Positions 49,208-61,329 of a DNA stretch of 64,000 nucleotides are shown one piece after another (the first letter of the stretch is position 1; the number at the start of each line of letters is the position of its first letter). Position numbers and translations under genes: made by a program. The notes under the pieces are model-generated. The model was not told the origin of the DNA and searched no databases. It saw only the letters and a program-made list of their open reading frames with translations. Source of the stretch: Selaginella moellendorffii (taxonomy: Eukaryota > Plantae > Lycopodiophyta); NCBI RefSeq assembly GCF_000143415.4, contig NW_003314282.1:469700-533699 (forward strand), written 5' to 3'.

Positions 49208-50790
49208 TCAGACCTGGTGCTTGACGACGCGCTGCGAGTGCGATTTTTTCTTCTTGTGCGTGGTGATGGCGATCGCCATATCGTTGGGGAGGAGCGTCCC
49301 CCACAGCACGGCGTGGAGGATCGAGAGGACGAGCACGCAAGCGACGATCGCCACGGACAGAAAGATGAAGAAGCTTGTCATTGCATCGGTGAGCCACGAG
49401 GAGACTACCAGGCCGTAGCGATTCGCGGTCATCGCGATTGCTGCCACTGGGAATGTGTAAGCCCACCACGCGATCGAGAACCTGGAAGCCAAGTTAGAGA
49501 AACCATGCGAGGAGAAAGAAAAAATCGATTTTGACGAGTACCTGAAGCCGCGAAAAAAATTCAACCGGACAATCTGCTCGAAGATGAAAAGCGAAAAACG
49601 ATACGATTAGTTTCCGGCTGGAGAAAAGAAATTCTAGCTAGAAGAAAGAAAAGCAAGCTTACCAGTGAGATGAAGAGAAAGAGTCCCACGAAGTGTATGA
49701 GCCTGGCCGGGTAGTCAAAACTTCCAGCGAGCATCTCCCAGGCCTCGCTAGCGATGCTTGGAGCAGCGATGAAGAGGAAAAACACGGGGTGGAGCTCCTT
49801 CGGGAGCGTCTCGTTTGTCGGCAGCCTCTGGTAGAGCGTGACGAAGAGAACCACGTAGTGTGCCAAGCCGACCGCGAAGAGGAAGATCGCAAACTCCTTC
49901 CACCCAACGACGTGAGAAAGCAACGATCCGACGAAGTTGCCCGTGAGCGCCAGGTGAGTGGTCGGGTTTGCGACCTTGGACAGCCTTCTCTCGCCTCCAA
50001 ACAGCCACTGCCCGTAGATCTTCACCTCGAGAGCAAACACCGGCCCCATGAAGACGCCGAGCAGCCACGGATGGAGCCGCTTGGCGATGTCTTTCGGGGT
50101 ACTCAGCGCCAGCAGCATGGCCGCCACCCAGGGAGCGAAGAAATAGTTGACTCTCACTGGATGATGAAACTCCCGGCGCACGGCTTCGAAGTAGAAGACG
50201 CACTTCAATGCGTAGGCCGAGAAGAGGACGGTGTGGACGAACACCCCGATCGACCACAGCGCGAAAAGCACTCCTTTGGGGACGTGTTTCAAGTAGCTCA
50301 GCGATGACGCGTCGTGGATCTCGGCCCAGAGAAGAGACTGCGCTGAGAGTCCGATGCTTACTCCGAATACATTGGCTGGTACGCGAAGTAGAAAAGGCCA
50401 CTTTTGATCCAGTGGCAACAGCAAATCCTCGGAATCCTGGAGTGGAAAAGGTTACCTCTCTAGATCATCGAGCTCGCGGAAAAAGCTTACCTTGAGAACT
50501 TCGAGCTCGGGGCCCTGCAACGCATCGAAGAACCTCCCCGCCGGGAGCTCCTCGTCGGTCTCAAACTTTGGTGGAGGCGCATCGCCGTTCTGCTTGGAGA
50601 GCCACGGGATTTGCTTCTCTAGGCTCTTGGACGACCTTGTCTTGAACAAGTTGTAGCTCGTCGACGTGGGTGGCGATTGCGGTGGCGACTGTGAAACTCG
50701 ATCAACTTGACTGGAACCGGCCTCGGGTTGCTTTTCCGGCGACTCGTCCAGAGGATCACTCCTCCCCATGACCCTAAGAATCGCCCGCAT
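49208..50790 (-). CDS. SLAC1: SLAC1/SLAH S-type anion channel; exons ~50790-50491, 50436-49663, 49573-49542, 49481-49208
   Basis: PAGRFFDALQGPEL, LLPLDQKWPFLLR, RREFHHPVRVNYFFAPW, YQRLPTNETLPKELHPVFFLFIAAPS and FSIAWWAYTFP. SLAC1 vs SLAH assignment and the start codon (50790 or 50769) are uncertain. Confidence 0.9.
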
Positions 50791-50898
50791 TCATGTGAAA
50801 ACGGACAGTTAGTCGACGTGGCTGACCCCTCCAATGGTTTGCCTGCTCCTGTATTCCTGTTCATCTCCTGTTTCCTGTTTCCATTTCTTCCACTGCCA

Positions 50899-53800
50899 CT
50901 AGACTGGAATCGCGATCGAGAAAACGTCCTGCTCGGAGATCTTCCACGAGTAACTCTTTCTCGAGCGTTGGTTTTGCAGAGTCGTGTTCTTCCGCCTCTC
51001 GAGAAGAACTACCGAGCTATTGCAACTCCTCGTCGTTCTAAGCGTGACGAAGGACTTTTTCGTGGCACAAGGTATCTTCACGGGTTCCATGCGCTCTGGA
51101 AAAGACAGGTCCGAAGAAGGCTGGCTTGGGAAGTTCTTCGTCTTCTCTCCACCACCTGAGGCTTGTTTCTGCTGTTGATGCCTCCTGAGCATCGGGAAAG
51201 TAAAAGCTCGGAGCCATGGTGACATTGTGATCGCCGCAAATGCCGTAGGAAACGCTGACTTTGAGGTTCTATCCGAGATTTTCTCGTCCGGCCTGTTGCT
51301 GTCCTCTTCTAGCATCGCCACCTTACCAAAACCGCGAGGTTTCTTATCCTCTTCTCCCTCTTCTTCGCCATCTTCATCTTCATCCACTTTACCGAAGCTT
51401 CGAGGTTCGTCTTCGTCGTCAGCTGTTTTTCCAAAACTTCTCTTGGTGTCCTCTTCAGGCTCAACCTCATCCTGTTCCACCGCTTTGTCAAGAGTTGAAG
51501 GCTCTTCTTCTTCTTCCTCATCTTCCTCTACCACAGTTTTCTCCGTTGGCTGTTCCGGCTTTTCCATCTTCTCGGGTCCCTTCGTTTTAGCTTCTTTGCG
51601 CAATCTGTCTGCTTCGTCCATCGCCTGTTCAATCTCGTCCAGCTGTCGGAGCTCCTCTTCAATTGCCTCATCTTCAATTTCAGCTCTCAGCTTCATTTCC
51701 TCTTTCCGTTCCTCGTCCTCCTCACGCCACCTCCGCTCCATTTCTTCTTTCTCCTTTTGCCATTCCCGTTCCATCTGCTCGTCTTCTTCCTTGTACTTTT
51801 TCAGCCTCTCCTCTCGCGTCAGATCTTGTGGATCCTTCAGTTCATCTGGATCCTCCATTGGCTCGTCCGAGAAAAACTCGTCCCAACCATCAGGTAGAAA
51901 CACAGCTTCCTCCGGCTTTATAGATCCGTCTTCTTTGTATGGCTGCCAGAAGAACTTTATGTTTCCATCTTTATCGTAGATCCAGTTGATCAATCGACCG
52001 GTCGGAACATGATAGAGGATTTCTCCCTCGAAATTTGGATGAGACTTCAGCACGTTCTCCTCGTCAAGCCATCCGTAAGAGGAAGGCTCGTTGGTTAACA
52101 CTATAAACTCGTCACCTGTAACAATATTCATCACTTCAGAGCAACCCAAGTGTAGAATGAGCAAATGTACCATTTTCCCACATGTATTCCAGCTCGGCAG
52201 GCATTGGTATTCTTAGCGGTGATTTGATGAACGAGTTAAGCCACATTTGCTGTTCTTTATCCACCTCCTCAACGTAAATCTTCCATGGATCGGGAACCTG
52301 CATCTCACAGAAAAGAGAAGACATACATTACAACTTCAAAATGACGCTGAGGCCGACCTCGTAATAGGCATTGACCCAGCCTGGAGCCATCCAAACATCT
52401 TCATCTTCGTAAAAGTAAGGATGCTGAGGATCATTGAAAGGACCGTCCATCTCCCGCACCACTGCAAGTTTTTTATGCTTGAGCTTCCACCGTAAAGTAG
52501 TTAAAAATGTACGTACTTCCATCCGGTTTTTTAGTGAACATCTTCGCTTTGGCTGCAGCCACTTGGGCTAAACCAGAGTGGATCTACACGACGATCAAGT
52601 AAAATTAATAATGCGAATGTCTGTAGCATAGTACTCACAGCGCAAGCCTCCAAAGTACATTCGCCGGGATCTCCTAAGAGCTCTCCAAAATAGAACTTTC
52701 CCTGAACAATATAAGCCAAGTTTGACACATCTGTTGGTGTAAGAAAGAACTCTTACGTAAATCAGGCGCGTGTTCACATCAAGCACGCCACATCCGTGCA
52801 TACGATTATGCTTCCACTGTCCAGAATATTTATATCGACCCTTTTCTCTGCAAATTTCGCAATATCCGTAAAATGAAATAAAACAAGAAAAGTAACTTAC
52901 GGCAATTCTCCATACAGCTCAATCCAGTATGGATCGTTCTCGTACAACTCGGACGCTTTCATGGTTACGTTCGGCTTCTCCAGTGTATCTTCAATGTCTT
53001 TCTTTAGCCATTCACGTTCTTCCGGAGGCATGTAGTCAGCTTTGATAATCCAGCCTTGATCTCTCATTTCTTTCTCGAGCCTGCAAAACAGAACGGAGTA
53101 ACAACTTCACGACACAAGCACAGACTTACTTGGAGTCCGGCGGCGGCTGATATACTGGAATATGAACATGAAGCACCCCGTGTCCTTCCATCATGTTTCG
53201 CCGCCACATACCTTCATATCTGCGCATCCAAACTTGTCAATCTCATATGCACAGAAATGTCAGATGAAATGGCTTAACTGTACGTCCTCAAACATGGATG
53301 TGTAGACTCCCTTTCCATGAGCAAGGTCGTCCCAAATGGTTCCTTCGTAGCTGAGAAAACCGACAGAAAGAGGTATAAACAACAAATAGAAAAGGAAAAA
53401 GAACAAACCTCGATCCATCAGGGAAGATATAACTCCCCCACCGTAAGAACTCCTCGATCTTTTCCAGCTCTTCCACCACATCGAACGCATTCTCAACCTC
53501 GGCATGGATCTTTGGTATGGAAGGATAAGGCAGGCGATAAGGCACGTAGTATGGCCGTGCTGGATATCCATCCTCGGTCAGCGGCGTTTTCTGCTTCTTC
53601 CTGTGCTCAAAGAGCTTTGGATCATATCTATCCGGCGGGTTCTTGAGCATCTTCATCCTTTCTTCCTTGAGCTTGTCCATATACTTCTTAAACTCCTTCT
53701 TCTGCTTGCGGCTTCTCTTCGTTTGCTGTGCGATAACTTTGTCCAGATCTTCGTCGGGAGGAGGTGGCGCAAACATTGGATCATATCCACTGCCAGTGGC

Positions 53801-54364
53801 ATCGAGAGGAGGATCCACCCATTCTTCTCCAAGGTCCTCTTCCGTCCACCCTTCCAAATCCACCGGGAAGTTCCAAGTCGCCTCATACTCGTTCTTGAGC
53901 CTGTCCTTGATAATCTCCTCCTTCTTCTTCACTCTCTCGAGCTTTTTCCGCTGGCGTTCCTCGGCAATACGACGATCTTGTTCCCGTGACAGCTCCATAA
54001 TCTCCTGCTCTCTCAGCTTCTTCTTCTCCGAATCCTCGTCAGGCTCCTTTGGCTCTTCCAGCTGCGGGGCTCGACGCCTAGGCGGAGGAACGAATCGAAA
54101 TTCCACTTCCTCCTCCGACTCCTCCTCTTCCTCGGGAAGAATTTCCTCCTCGTCCGTCCCCCACGTCTCCTGGTCTATCAAATCCACAATGTTTGGCTCC
54201 GGAGGCTTGGGAAACACTTGCACATTGCCGCGATAGTCCTCATAGCGCATCATCTCCGGCTCGTTCTTCTTCTCCACCGCGGCTGTCTCGGCCTTCGTTG
54301 TCTCCTCCGTCTTCGCCATGGCTCCAACAGCACTGTAGGCACGAAATTCTGAGTGGAGAAACAT
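50899..54364 (-). CDS. TIC100: TIC100/EMB1211 chloroplast protein-import component (MORN repeats, acidic regions), multi-exon
   Basis: VVEELEKIEEFLRWGSYIFPDGS-SYEGTIWDDLAHGKGVY, YEGMW..MEGHGV, HGCGV, GKFYFGELL, SPLRIPMPAELE and PTGRLINW. Start is 54364 or 54319. Confidence 0.92.
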
Positions 54365-54916
54365 CGAAGAATGCAGCAGCGCAGCTCAGATTGAGCGCCA
54401 ATCTCGAATCGCGCAGCGCATTCGCTTCTACATTTACCTCGCGAAGAAGAACCGCCGAGCGCTCCAACGAAGAACCCTAGATAGCCAAAAAAAATGGAGG
54501 GTTTTGGTGGGGGATAAGGTACAAATGGCACACAAACAGTGGTAAAAAGGTAAAAACTTCTTTTCTTTATCTCTGTACAAGAGTATTTACAACGCTGTAA
54601 AAAATCAAGAGGGCTTGGAGGTAACTACATACAAGCATTTCCAGCCGGTTTATTCTTTTTTTTTTTTTTTTTGGCTCGTTTTTCTTCGTTGGAATCCAAT
54701 GGTAATTTCGTTGGTTTTTTTTCTCTGTTTTCGAATTTTTTTGTTCTTTTTCTCAGCCTGGAACTTGGGTGTTAAATCTGCAGTCAAAGTAAGCACGCTC
54801 AAAAACTTTGGCTTACATCGTCGGTCACATAGCGTCCATCGCACTCCACAAAACAAGACTGCTAGAATACTTCCATCATCTTCTTCCATTATTCCTTCCA
54901 CTCCAACGACGTAAGC

Positions 54917-57900
54917 CTAGTCTGGAAACAAGAGATTATCAGCAAACACTAGAGAAAACGAAAGAAAAACTAAGTTTGAGTACCTTCTTCACAGAAGGGG
55001 AACATTGCTCCTTCCCAGCTCTCTGCGCCGTGACTCTGCTGCGCCTCGTTCTCGGCATTCCCTGCTTCACAGTCCACCGCCGCAGCAGGCTCGGGTTCCA
55101 GAGCTGGGCCGGGATCCTGCAACTCGTTGGCCATCGACGCTGCAGCAATCGCTTCCTCGGTCGGAGCTGGAACAAAACTCTCCAAAGTTGTCGCTCAGTG
55201 ACAAACTTGAGATGACTGACCTGTTGTCGGGTTTGGAACCGCAGCTAAGACGTGATTAGCATGCAAGCAGTTCGCGCTGAATAAATCGTTCTGCAGCATC
55301 CCTCCTGGAGATGCCGCCGTAATATACACATCAGATCCTGCGGTGCAAGCAAACATCAAAAAGGCTTGCTACGGTAAAAAAAACCAAGAAACTCGACACA
55401 AACCTTGATAGTTATGGTGGAAGCCATTAGATCCACAGGACGAGTCAACTAAAGGGCCTTCGGATCCAAAGCTACTTCCACTACTTGATCGCTGGATTTG
55501 CGTCTCCAAGTTGTTATGCAAACGGTATTTCGGGACCGCAATTCCGTCTCTGTGAGCACGAAGGAAAAGTTAGCCATTCTCCAGAAAGTAAAAACATACC
55601 TTTGCTGGAGCCTGTCCACCAGAGGTTTCAAGTCCTTTCTTCGGATCTCAATCACCTGGTGCGGCATCTTTTCTATTTCGAGCTCCTGATTGTCCTTCAC
55701 CAGTAGTGCATGGAAGTACACCTGAAAAGCCAAACCGTTAGTAAGCTGGAGAAAACGAAAACACGAGAGAGTTGCTTGTAACGAGAGTTTACATTAGGCT
55801 TGGCCCAAATCGGGAGCGGCCGTGCTTGGCTAATCTGTACTTCGGCGTTGGACATGTACCAGCGTTGTAGCTCCTCCACTTTCATCTCAGTTTTCAGAGA
55901 CTGCTCGTCCGGGTAGCTGGCCTCGCGCTCGAGCCAATCTTTTCGCCGACAGATATCCCACTTCTCAGACGGCTCCACGATTAGCCTCAAATCCTGAGAC
56001 TGCCCCGGACTGCTCGATCCTTCTGTACTGTATCCACCCTCCCCTCCTGTGCATGGTCTCAGCAAGTATTTCGTAAGGTAGCCGGACGGACAAAGCACCC
56101 ACAGTTTATCCCTCAGGCTACAGTTCCCGCCTTCCGAGCTTCCACAGTCACCGTCGTGAAACCCGGCTGCCACAGCCCCGCTACTTGCACTGGAGCCATT
56201 AGGCCGTCCGGTCCCTCGCCACCCCAGTCCATTCTTTATCCTGCTTACCACGGATAGAGTGATTGCGGGCGGCGGCGGCGGTAGAGCCTGTTGAGAAGCA
56301 CGAAGCGGGCCGTTGCTAGTCCACCAAGGATAGGCCGGTGTAGGAACCACCATGGGCCCGGTGAAAGGATCCACCGAGCAGGCGCCATGGGTCTGAGGCC
56401 CGACACCTCCACCGAAGGGTGAAATAGCGAACAGATGACTCGTGCCCCTGGAAGTGCTTACCGAAATCCAATGACTGTCGTGGCTGAAACTGATGTCTTG
56501 GATAACCTGAGATGCTGCTCGTAAGAAAAATGTTTCGTTTCAGTAAAGGTAGAACCTTACCGCATTTGTAACGCCTCTACAGAGCTTGTAAAGGTGCACG
56601 TGCGAGGCCTTTGCATCTGCTGTCGGAGTCAGGCGGAACACATTCAGGTTGTGGCCGTACACGGACGCCGTAACGAGAAGCGTTCCACTCGGATCGAAAC
56701 AAAGTGCAGATATCGGGCTGGAATGCGCACGGAATTGCGCGATGATTTTATTCTCTACGTAATCCCGCACAATCACCTGTTAAAAACTTATAACCATCAG
56801 CCCAAGGAAAGAGGAAAGGCAGAAAACTTACAGTTCCCGCGTACTCGGTTTCAGTACTAGCTCCATTACTTGCACCCTCCGGCAACAAGTCGGAGCAGTA
56901 CTTGGACAAAGTCTTGTATCCCATATCACCAAGTGTCATGATCCCCGCTGCCAACTGCTTGCTCGACTCCATAGCATAGTGAGCAACCAGGCCACCACTC
57001 GCAGGTGACGTAGACGGGCTGATCCCCGGAGATATCAGGTGTTGCGGTGAAACGCGACCAACAGAGGACATAAACGGTTGGTTGGCTGGGTAAGCCATCC
57101 ACCTGGGACCGAGTGCCAAGGCTCCATATCCAGCATTGGCTGCTCCCAGCCCAGCACTAGGCATACTATAAGTCAACACACTGACAATAGTCTGAAGGGT
57201 GTCGGCGTCGTAGCCATAGATCTGGAAGACAAAGTAAAAGCACGGCACTGTAAGAGAAAAGGAAAGCTAACAAAGCCAGGTTGCGTACCTGGTTGGCGAG
57301 AGCAACGGCAATCAGGCGTCGGCTGCACCGAACAGCATAAATACCAGTCCGGAAGCGCAGCTCCTTGACGTAGTTGTGCGTCCTCAAAGAATAGAAGCGA
57401 ACTACGGTTGGAACGAAATGCGGGTGCACGGCCCTCACTGTTCCGTTGGAGCCAGAGTTCCCTCTAGCGTAGTCCCCCGTAACAACCAGCAGTAGAGGCT
57501 CCACATCCTTGAGTTCTCCAGCTTGACTTTCGGTTAATGGCTTGAGCCGCAGGAATGCAGCACGTCCATCGCGTTTTGATACGATGTCTCTTACGCTGCC
57601 GGCATCTTCCAGGTCCCAGACTTGAAAACCGTGAAGATACGTGAGTAACAACACATGACGAAACAGGCCGGGGCCAACTTCCAGAGTGTCCAGCGAGGCC
57701 CATTGCACCTGCAGCAAGATTCCAAAGAAACGTAAGTAAAATAACGCAGGAAAAAGAAGAGCATGACAGCAAACTCTATCTGCAAGAACAAGAAAACAAG
57801 GACGTAAATGCAAGCGTAAACCCACGTGTCAAAGGCAATCCCCTTGAGAAGATATGATCTTTTCACGAGCCCCAAACAAAGCATAAGACCAGAGAAACAA

Positions 57901-58178
57901 TTCACTTTGGAACAAAAGCAAAAAATGAATCGCAAGATCAAAAAGAAAAATCAAAGTACCTGTTCTCGATGCTTGTCCTCCTCGTGAGAGGCTGTAGAAG
58001 TTACCGAAGAGCTCGCGGTGCGTACAGTAGCAGCGATATTCCCAGCAGAAACGCTACGCAGGTAGCTGGAGATCGCTCTCCAAGTGAATTTGCTGCTACC
58101 ATTCCGTGCTACCCCAAAGCGGGGGCTTCTCGAGCTGGCATCGTTTCTCATCCCCTCGAATATCTCCTCTTCTTGCAT
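54917..58178 (-). CDS. ATG18: Autophagy protein ATG18 f/g/h type (WD40 PROPPIN plus BCAS3 domain), multi-exon
   Basis: GFQVWD..VSKRDG, PTVVRFYSL, YGALALGPRWMAY, AQFRAHSSPISALCFDPSGTLLVTAS, HLYKLCRGVT and WYMSNAEV. The stop is inferred from a spliced EE-D*. Confidence 0.92.
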
Positions 58179-58730
58179 AACCCACTTGGATTGCCGCTAT
58201 GCGTCCATAATTCACACTAAGAACCAAAAAAAGAGGCCTCGCTATATCAATCCCACCCAGCAAATTCCCCAATGAATGATTTTTTCTACGCGCGCTCCTC
58301 ACCAAATTCCTCTATCCTGTCCCTCGCTTGTATTCACAGCCCAGCTCGAAAAAAGTCCCGCCTCGCAAGCTAGCCCGAGCAAAAAGCTGTGGCCACCACC
58401 GAAACCCTTGCGCGCACTCAAGCTAGACACAGCCAGGAGCCGTGCCAGAATTTGAGACCTAGCGTCTACTCCACCGCTGGAATCGATCGATCCGGCGACC
58501 CTAAAACCCCAAGAATTTCTTGTCTAGAAAACTCGCCAAGGCGCCAGCGCCTTGCCCCGCCGCGAGCTCACCTCGCCATCGCCATTTCCCGGATTGCCCT
58601 AATCGACTCTTTCTCCGTCCTTGTCTTCTTCCCTCGTCTCTCTCATCGTTTCTCCGTCCTTAAATACCATGTGATCGTGACGGGCGTAAGGCTGGGATAT
58701 TCCGTCCCCTGGTGGGATATTCCGTCGCCC

Positions 58731-60812
58731 ATGATCGCATTGACCAAGGCCATCGCCGCGCTCGCGCGAGATGGGCGAGTGGAGGACGCGGCCAAGCTCT
58801 TCGATTCCATGGCGGAGCGCGATCTAGTGGCCTGGAATGCGATCCTCGCTGCCCACGCTCGCTCCGGCGATCTGGGAGCTACGGCAAAGATCTTCCGGGA
58901 AATGCCGCAGCGGGATATCGTGTCGTGGACGACAGCGATGGCGGCGTACTCGCGGCGTGGCCTGCTCGACCACGCCTCGGCGCTCTTCGATCGGATGCCG
59001 CTCCACGACCTCGCGTCCACGAATGCGATGATCGCGGCGCTCGCGCGCGCGGGGGAGATCCTCGCAGCGGAGGAGCTCTTCGATTCAATGCCCGTCCGGG
59101 ATCTTGCGTCGTGTGGCGCGATGCTGGATGGCTATGCGCGAGCTTCGCGATCAATCCAAGCAGGGGAATTTTTCCATCGCGGCATGCCGGAGTGGGATCT
59201 CGTGTCCATGACAGTGATGATCAATCTCTATGCCCAGTTGCGGCATTTCGACGCGATCCAGCGCTTGCTGGATCGAGTTCCGATAGAGGGTCTCTATCTC
59301 TGGAACTCACTTCTCTCGATCTATGCCCGGGAGGAAGATCTCGCCAAAGCTAGAGAGGTTTTCGATCGAATGCCACAGAGGGACATAGTTTCTTGGAACT
59401 CTCTCCTCTCGGCAAATGCCAACTCTCGGAATTTTGGAAGAGATGGGGATGATCCCGAGCTCCTCTTCGATCGAATGCCGCAGCACAACCTCATCTCCTG
59501 GACGATCCTCCTAACTTCCCTCGCCAATCGCGGCGCCCTCACAGCGGCATTCCGCTGCTTCGATCGCATCCCACAGGAGCCCTCGATCGTGTGCTGGAAC
59601 GCGCTCATCACTGCGTGCCTGCGCAGCGCCCAGCCCCATTTCGCCCGCCAGATCTTCGATCGAATGCCCCAGCGCGACCTCTCCTCCTGGAACATCATGC
59701 TCTCGGTGCTCGCGGTGCTCGATTCCTTCACAATCGCGGAGATTCGGGAGTTTTTCTTCCATCGAATGCCCGCCCACGATCTCACCTCCTGGAACGCGAT
59801 GCTCAAAGCGTGTGTTCTTAGAGGGAATCTTTCCGAGGCGTCTCGAATATTCTCCGCCATTCCTCTCAAGAGCCTTGCCTGCTACACGACATTGCTTGCG
59901 GCGAATGCCCAGAGCGGCCATGTCCACGTGGCAGAGAAGATTCTTGAGAATATACCGGAAATAGACCTCGCGGCATCAACTGCCATGCTCACTGCATATG
60001 CCCAGAACGGGCAACTTGACAATGCTAGAATTCTATTCCAGAATCTTAAGGCCAGAGACCTTCTGGTCTGGAACGCGATCCTGGCCGCTCATCGTTACGA
60101 CATTTTAGAGTGCCAACGCATCTTTGACGAGATGCCGGAATACAACGCTGCCTCTTGGATTACGCTTCTTATGGCATATGCCGAAGCCCGGAATCTGGAA
60201 ATTGCCCAGCAGATTTTCAGGCACATTCCAGAACAAAACCTCGATACATGGAATGGAATGCTTTTATCGTACGCACGGAATGCCAAGCTTGAGTGTTCTA
60301 GCCGTTTGCTCAATCATATTCCGGAGAGAAATCACGTGTCGTGGACAATTGGAATAACAGCATTTGCCCAGTTTGGGCATCCAGATGAGGCATTTGCTAT
60401 GTTCTCGGCGATGGTCATGGACGATATCACCCCGGATGAGTCGTGCTTTGTCTCTCTCCTTGTGGCGAGCACCTTTTCAGGAAAACTTTCTTGCGGGAAA
60501 TCGGTTTTTGTCTCCATGATACTAGATTTTGGTATTTCTCCAACCAAGAGCCACTATGGCTGCCTCGTTGATCTTCTTGCTCGTGGCGGCTACTTGGAAG
60601 ATGCGGCCAATCTCATTGCTGACATGCCCTTCATCCCGAGTAGATCTGAGTGGACGATCCTGCTGCGGGCACGAATGCTTCGAAGCATTGATGAAAATTG
60701 GGGATTGAGTTCCAGGAACAGGGGCCAACTCAAAAGGGACTCAGGTGCAATGCCAGGAAGAGGGAGATCTTTCTATCATCTTTCGAGTTTCACGCTATTG
60801 AAGCGGAGCTGA
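58731..60812 (+). CDS. PLS-class pentatricopeptide repeat protein with a partial E domain and no DYW domain
   Basis: Many ~31-aa repeats (FDRMPQRD.VSWN) and terminal HYGCLVDLLARGGYLEDA..MPFIP..W. The first ATG is at 58731, although the frame is open from 58389. Confidence 0.93.
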   Translation: MIALTKAIAALARDGRVEDAAKLFDSMAERDLVAWNAILAAHARSGDLGATAKIFREMPQRDIVSWTTAMAAYSRRGLLDHASALFDRMPLHDLASTNAMIAALARAGEILAAEELFDSMPVRDLASCGAMLDGYARASRSIQAGEFFHRGMPEWDLVSMTVMINLYAQLRHFDAIQRLLDRVPIEGLYLWNSLLSIYAREEDLAKAREVFDRMPQRDIVSWNSLLSANANSRNFGRDGDDPELLFDRMPQHNLISWTILLTSLANRGALTAAFRCFDRIPQEPSIVCWNALITACLRSAQPHFARQIFDRMPQRDLSSWNIMLSVLAVLDSFTIAEIREFFFHRMPAHDLTSWNAMLKACVLRGNLSEASRIFSAIPLKSLACYTTLLAANAQSGHVHVAEKILENIPEIDLAASTAMLTAYAQNGQLDNARILFQNLKARDLLVWNAILAAHRYDILECQRIFDEMPEYNAASWITLLMAYAEARNLEIAQQIFRHIPEQNLDTWNGMLLSYARNAKLECSSRLLNHIPERNHVSWTIGITAFAQFGHPDEAFAMFSAMVMDDITPDESCFVSLLVASTFSGKLSCGKSVFVSMILDFGISPTKSHYGCLVDLLARGGYLEDAANLIADMPFIPSRSEWTILLRARMLRSIDENWGLSSRNRGQLKRDSGAMPGRGRSFYHLSSFTLLKRS

Positions 60813-61329
60813 AATGAAGAAATCCCACGCTCAAGATTCTTCAATCCCATCTATGTGTCTAACCATTTTGGAACTTGGACGGAAGGAGAGACCAGGTTTT
60901 CGAGGCCGCAACTGTGAAGGGATGTTGCAAATTTTGTTGGTGAATGCGCAAAGTGCCAACGCTCAAGCATCCAAGAAGGAATTACTCCATACTTCACTGT
61001 GGAGTCAGGAAGGGCATGCTGCAATTTGGATAAGCACACTTATACCTTTCCAGGAAGCGGTACAGCTTTTCATTAGACTTAATCGAGATTGTAGGCACGA
61101 AGCTCAAGCTTTTTACAGACATGCTCAGGATTTATTCTCCTGAGGATGCTATTTTTATTCGTAGACTACATAGATTTCAAGTGTAACAAGACAGGTACAT
61201 TACCTTGATCGAGTAAAATAACATGAATGTACATGAACAGTGAATGAGTGCTGTGAGTATTCCGCCGAAAAGGGAAGCTCATATTGATTTTATAAGTACA
61301 ACGCGCTTGAGTGGATTGTCAGCTACGAG

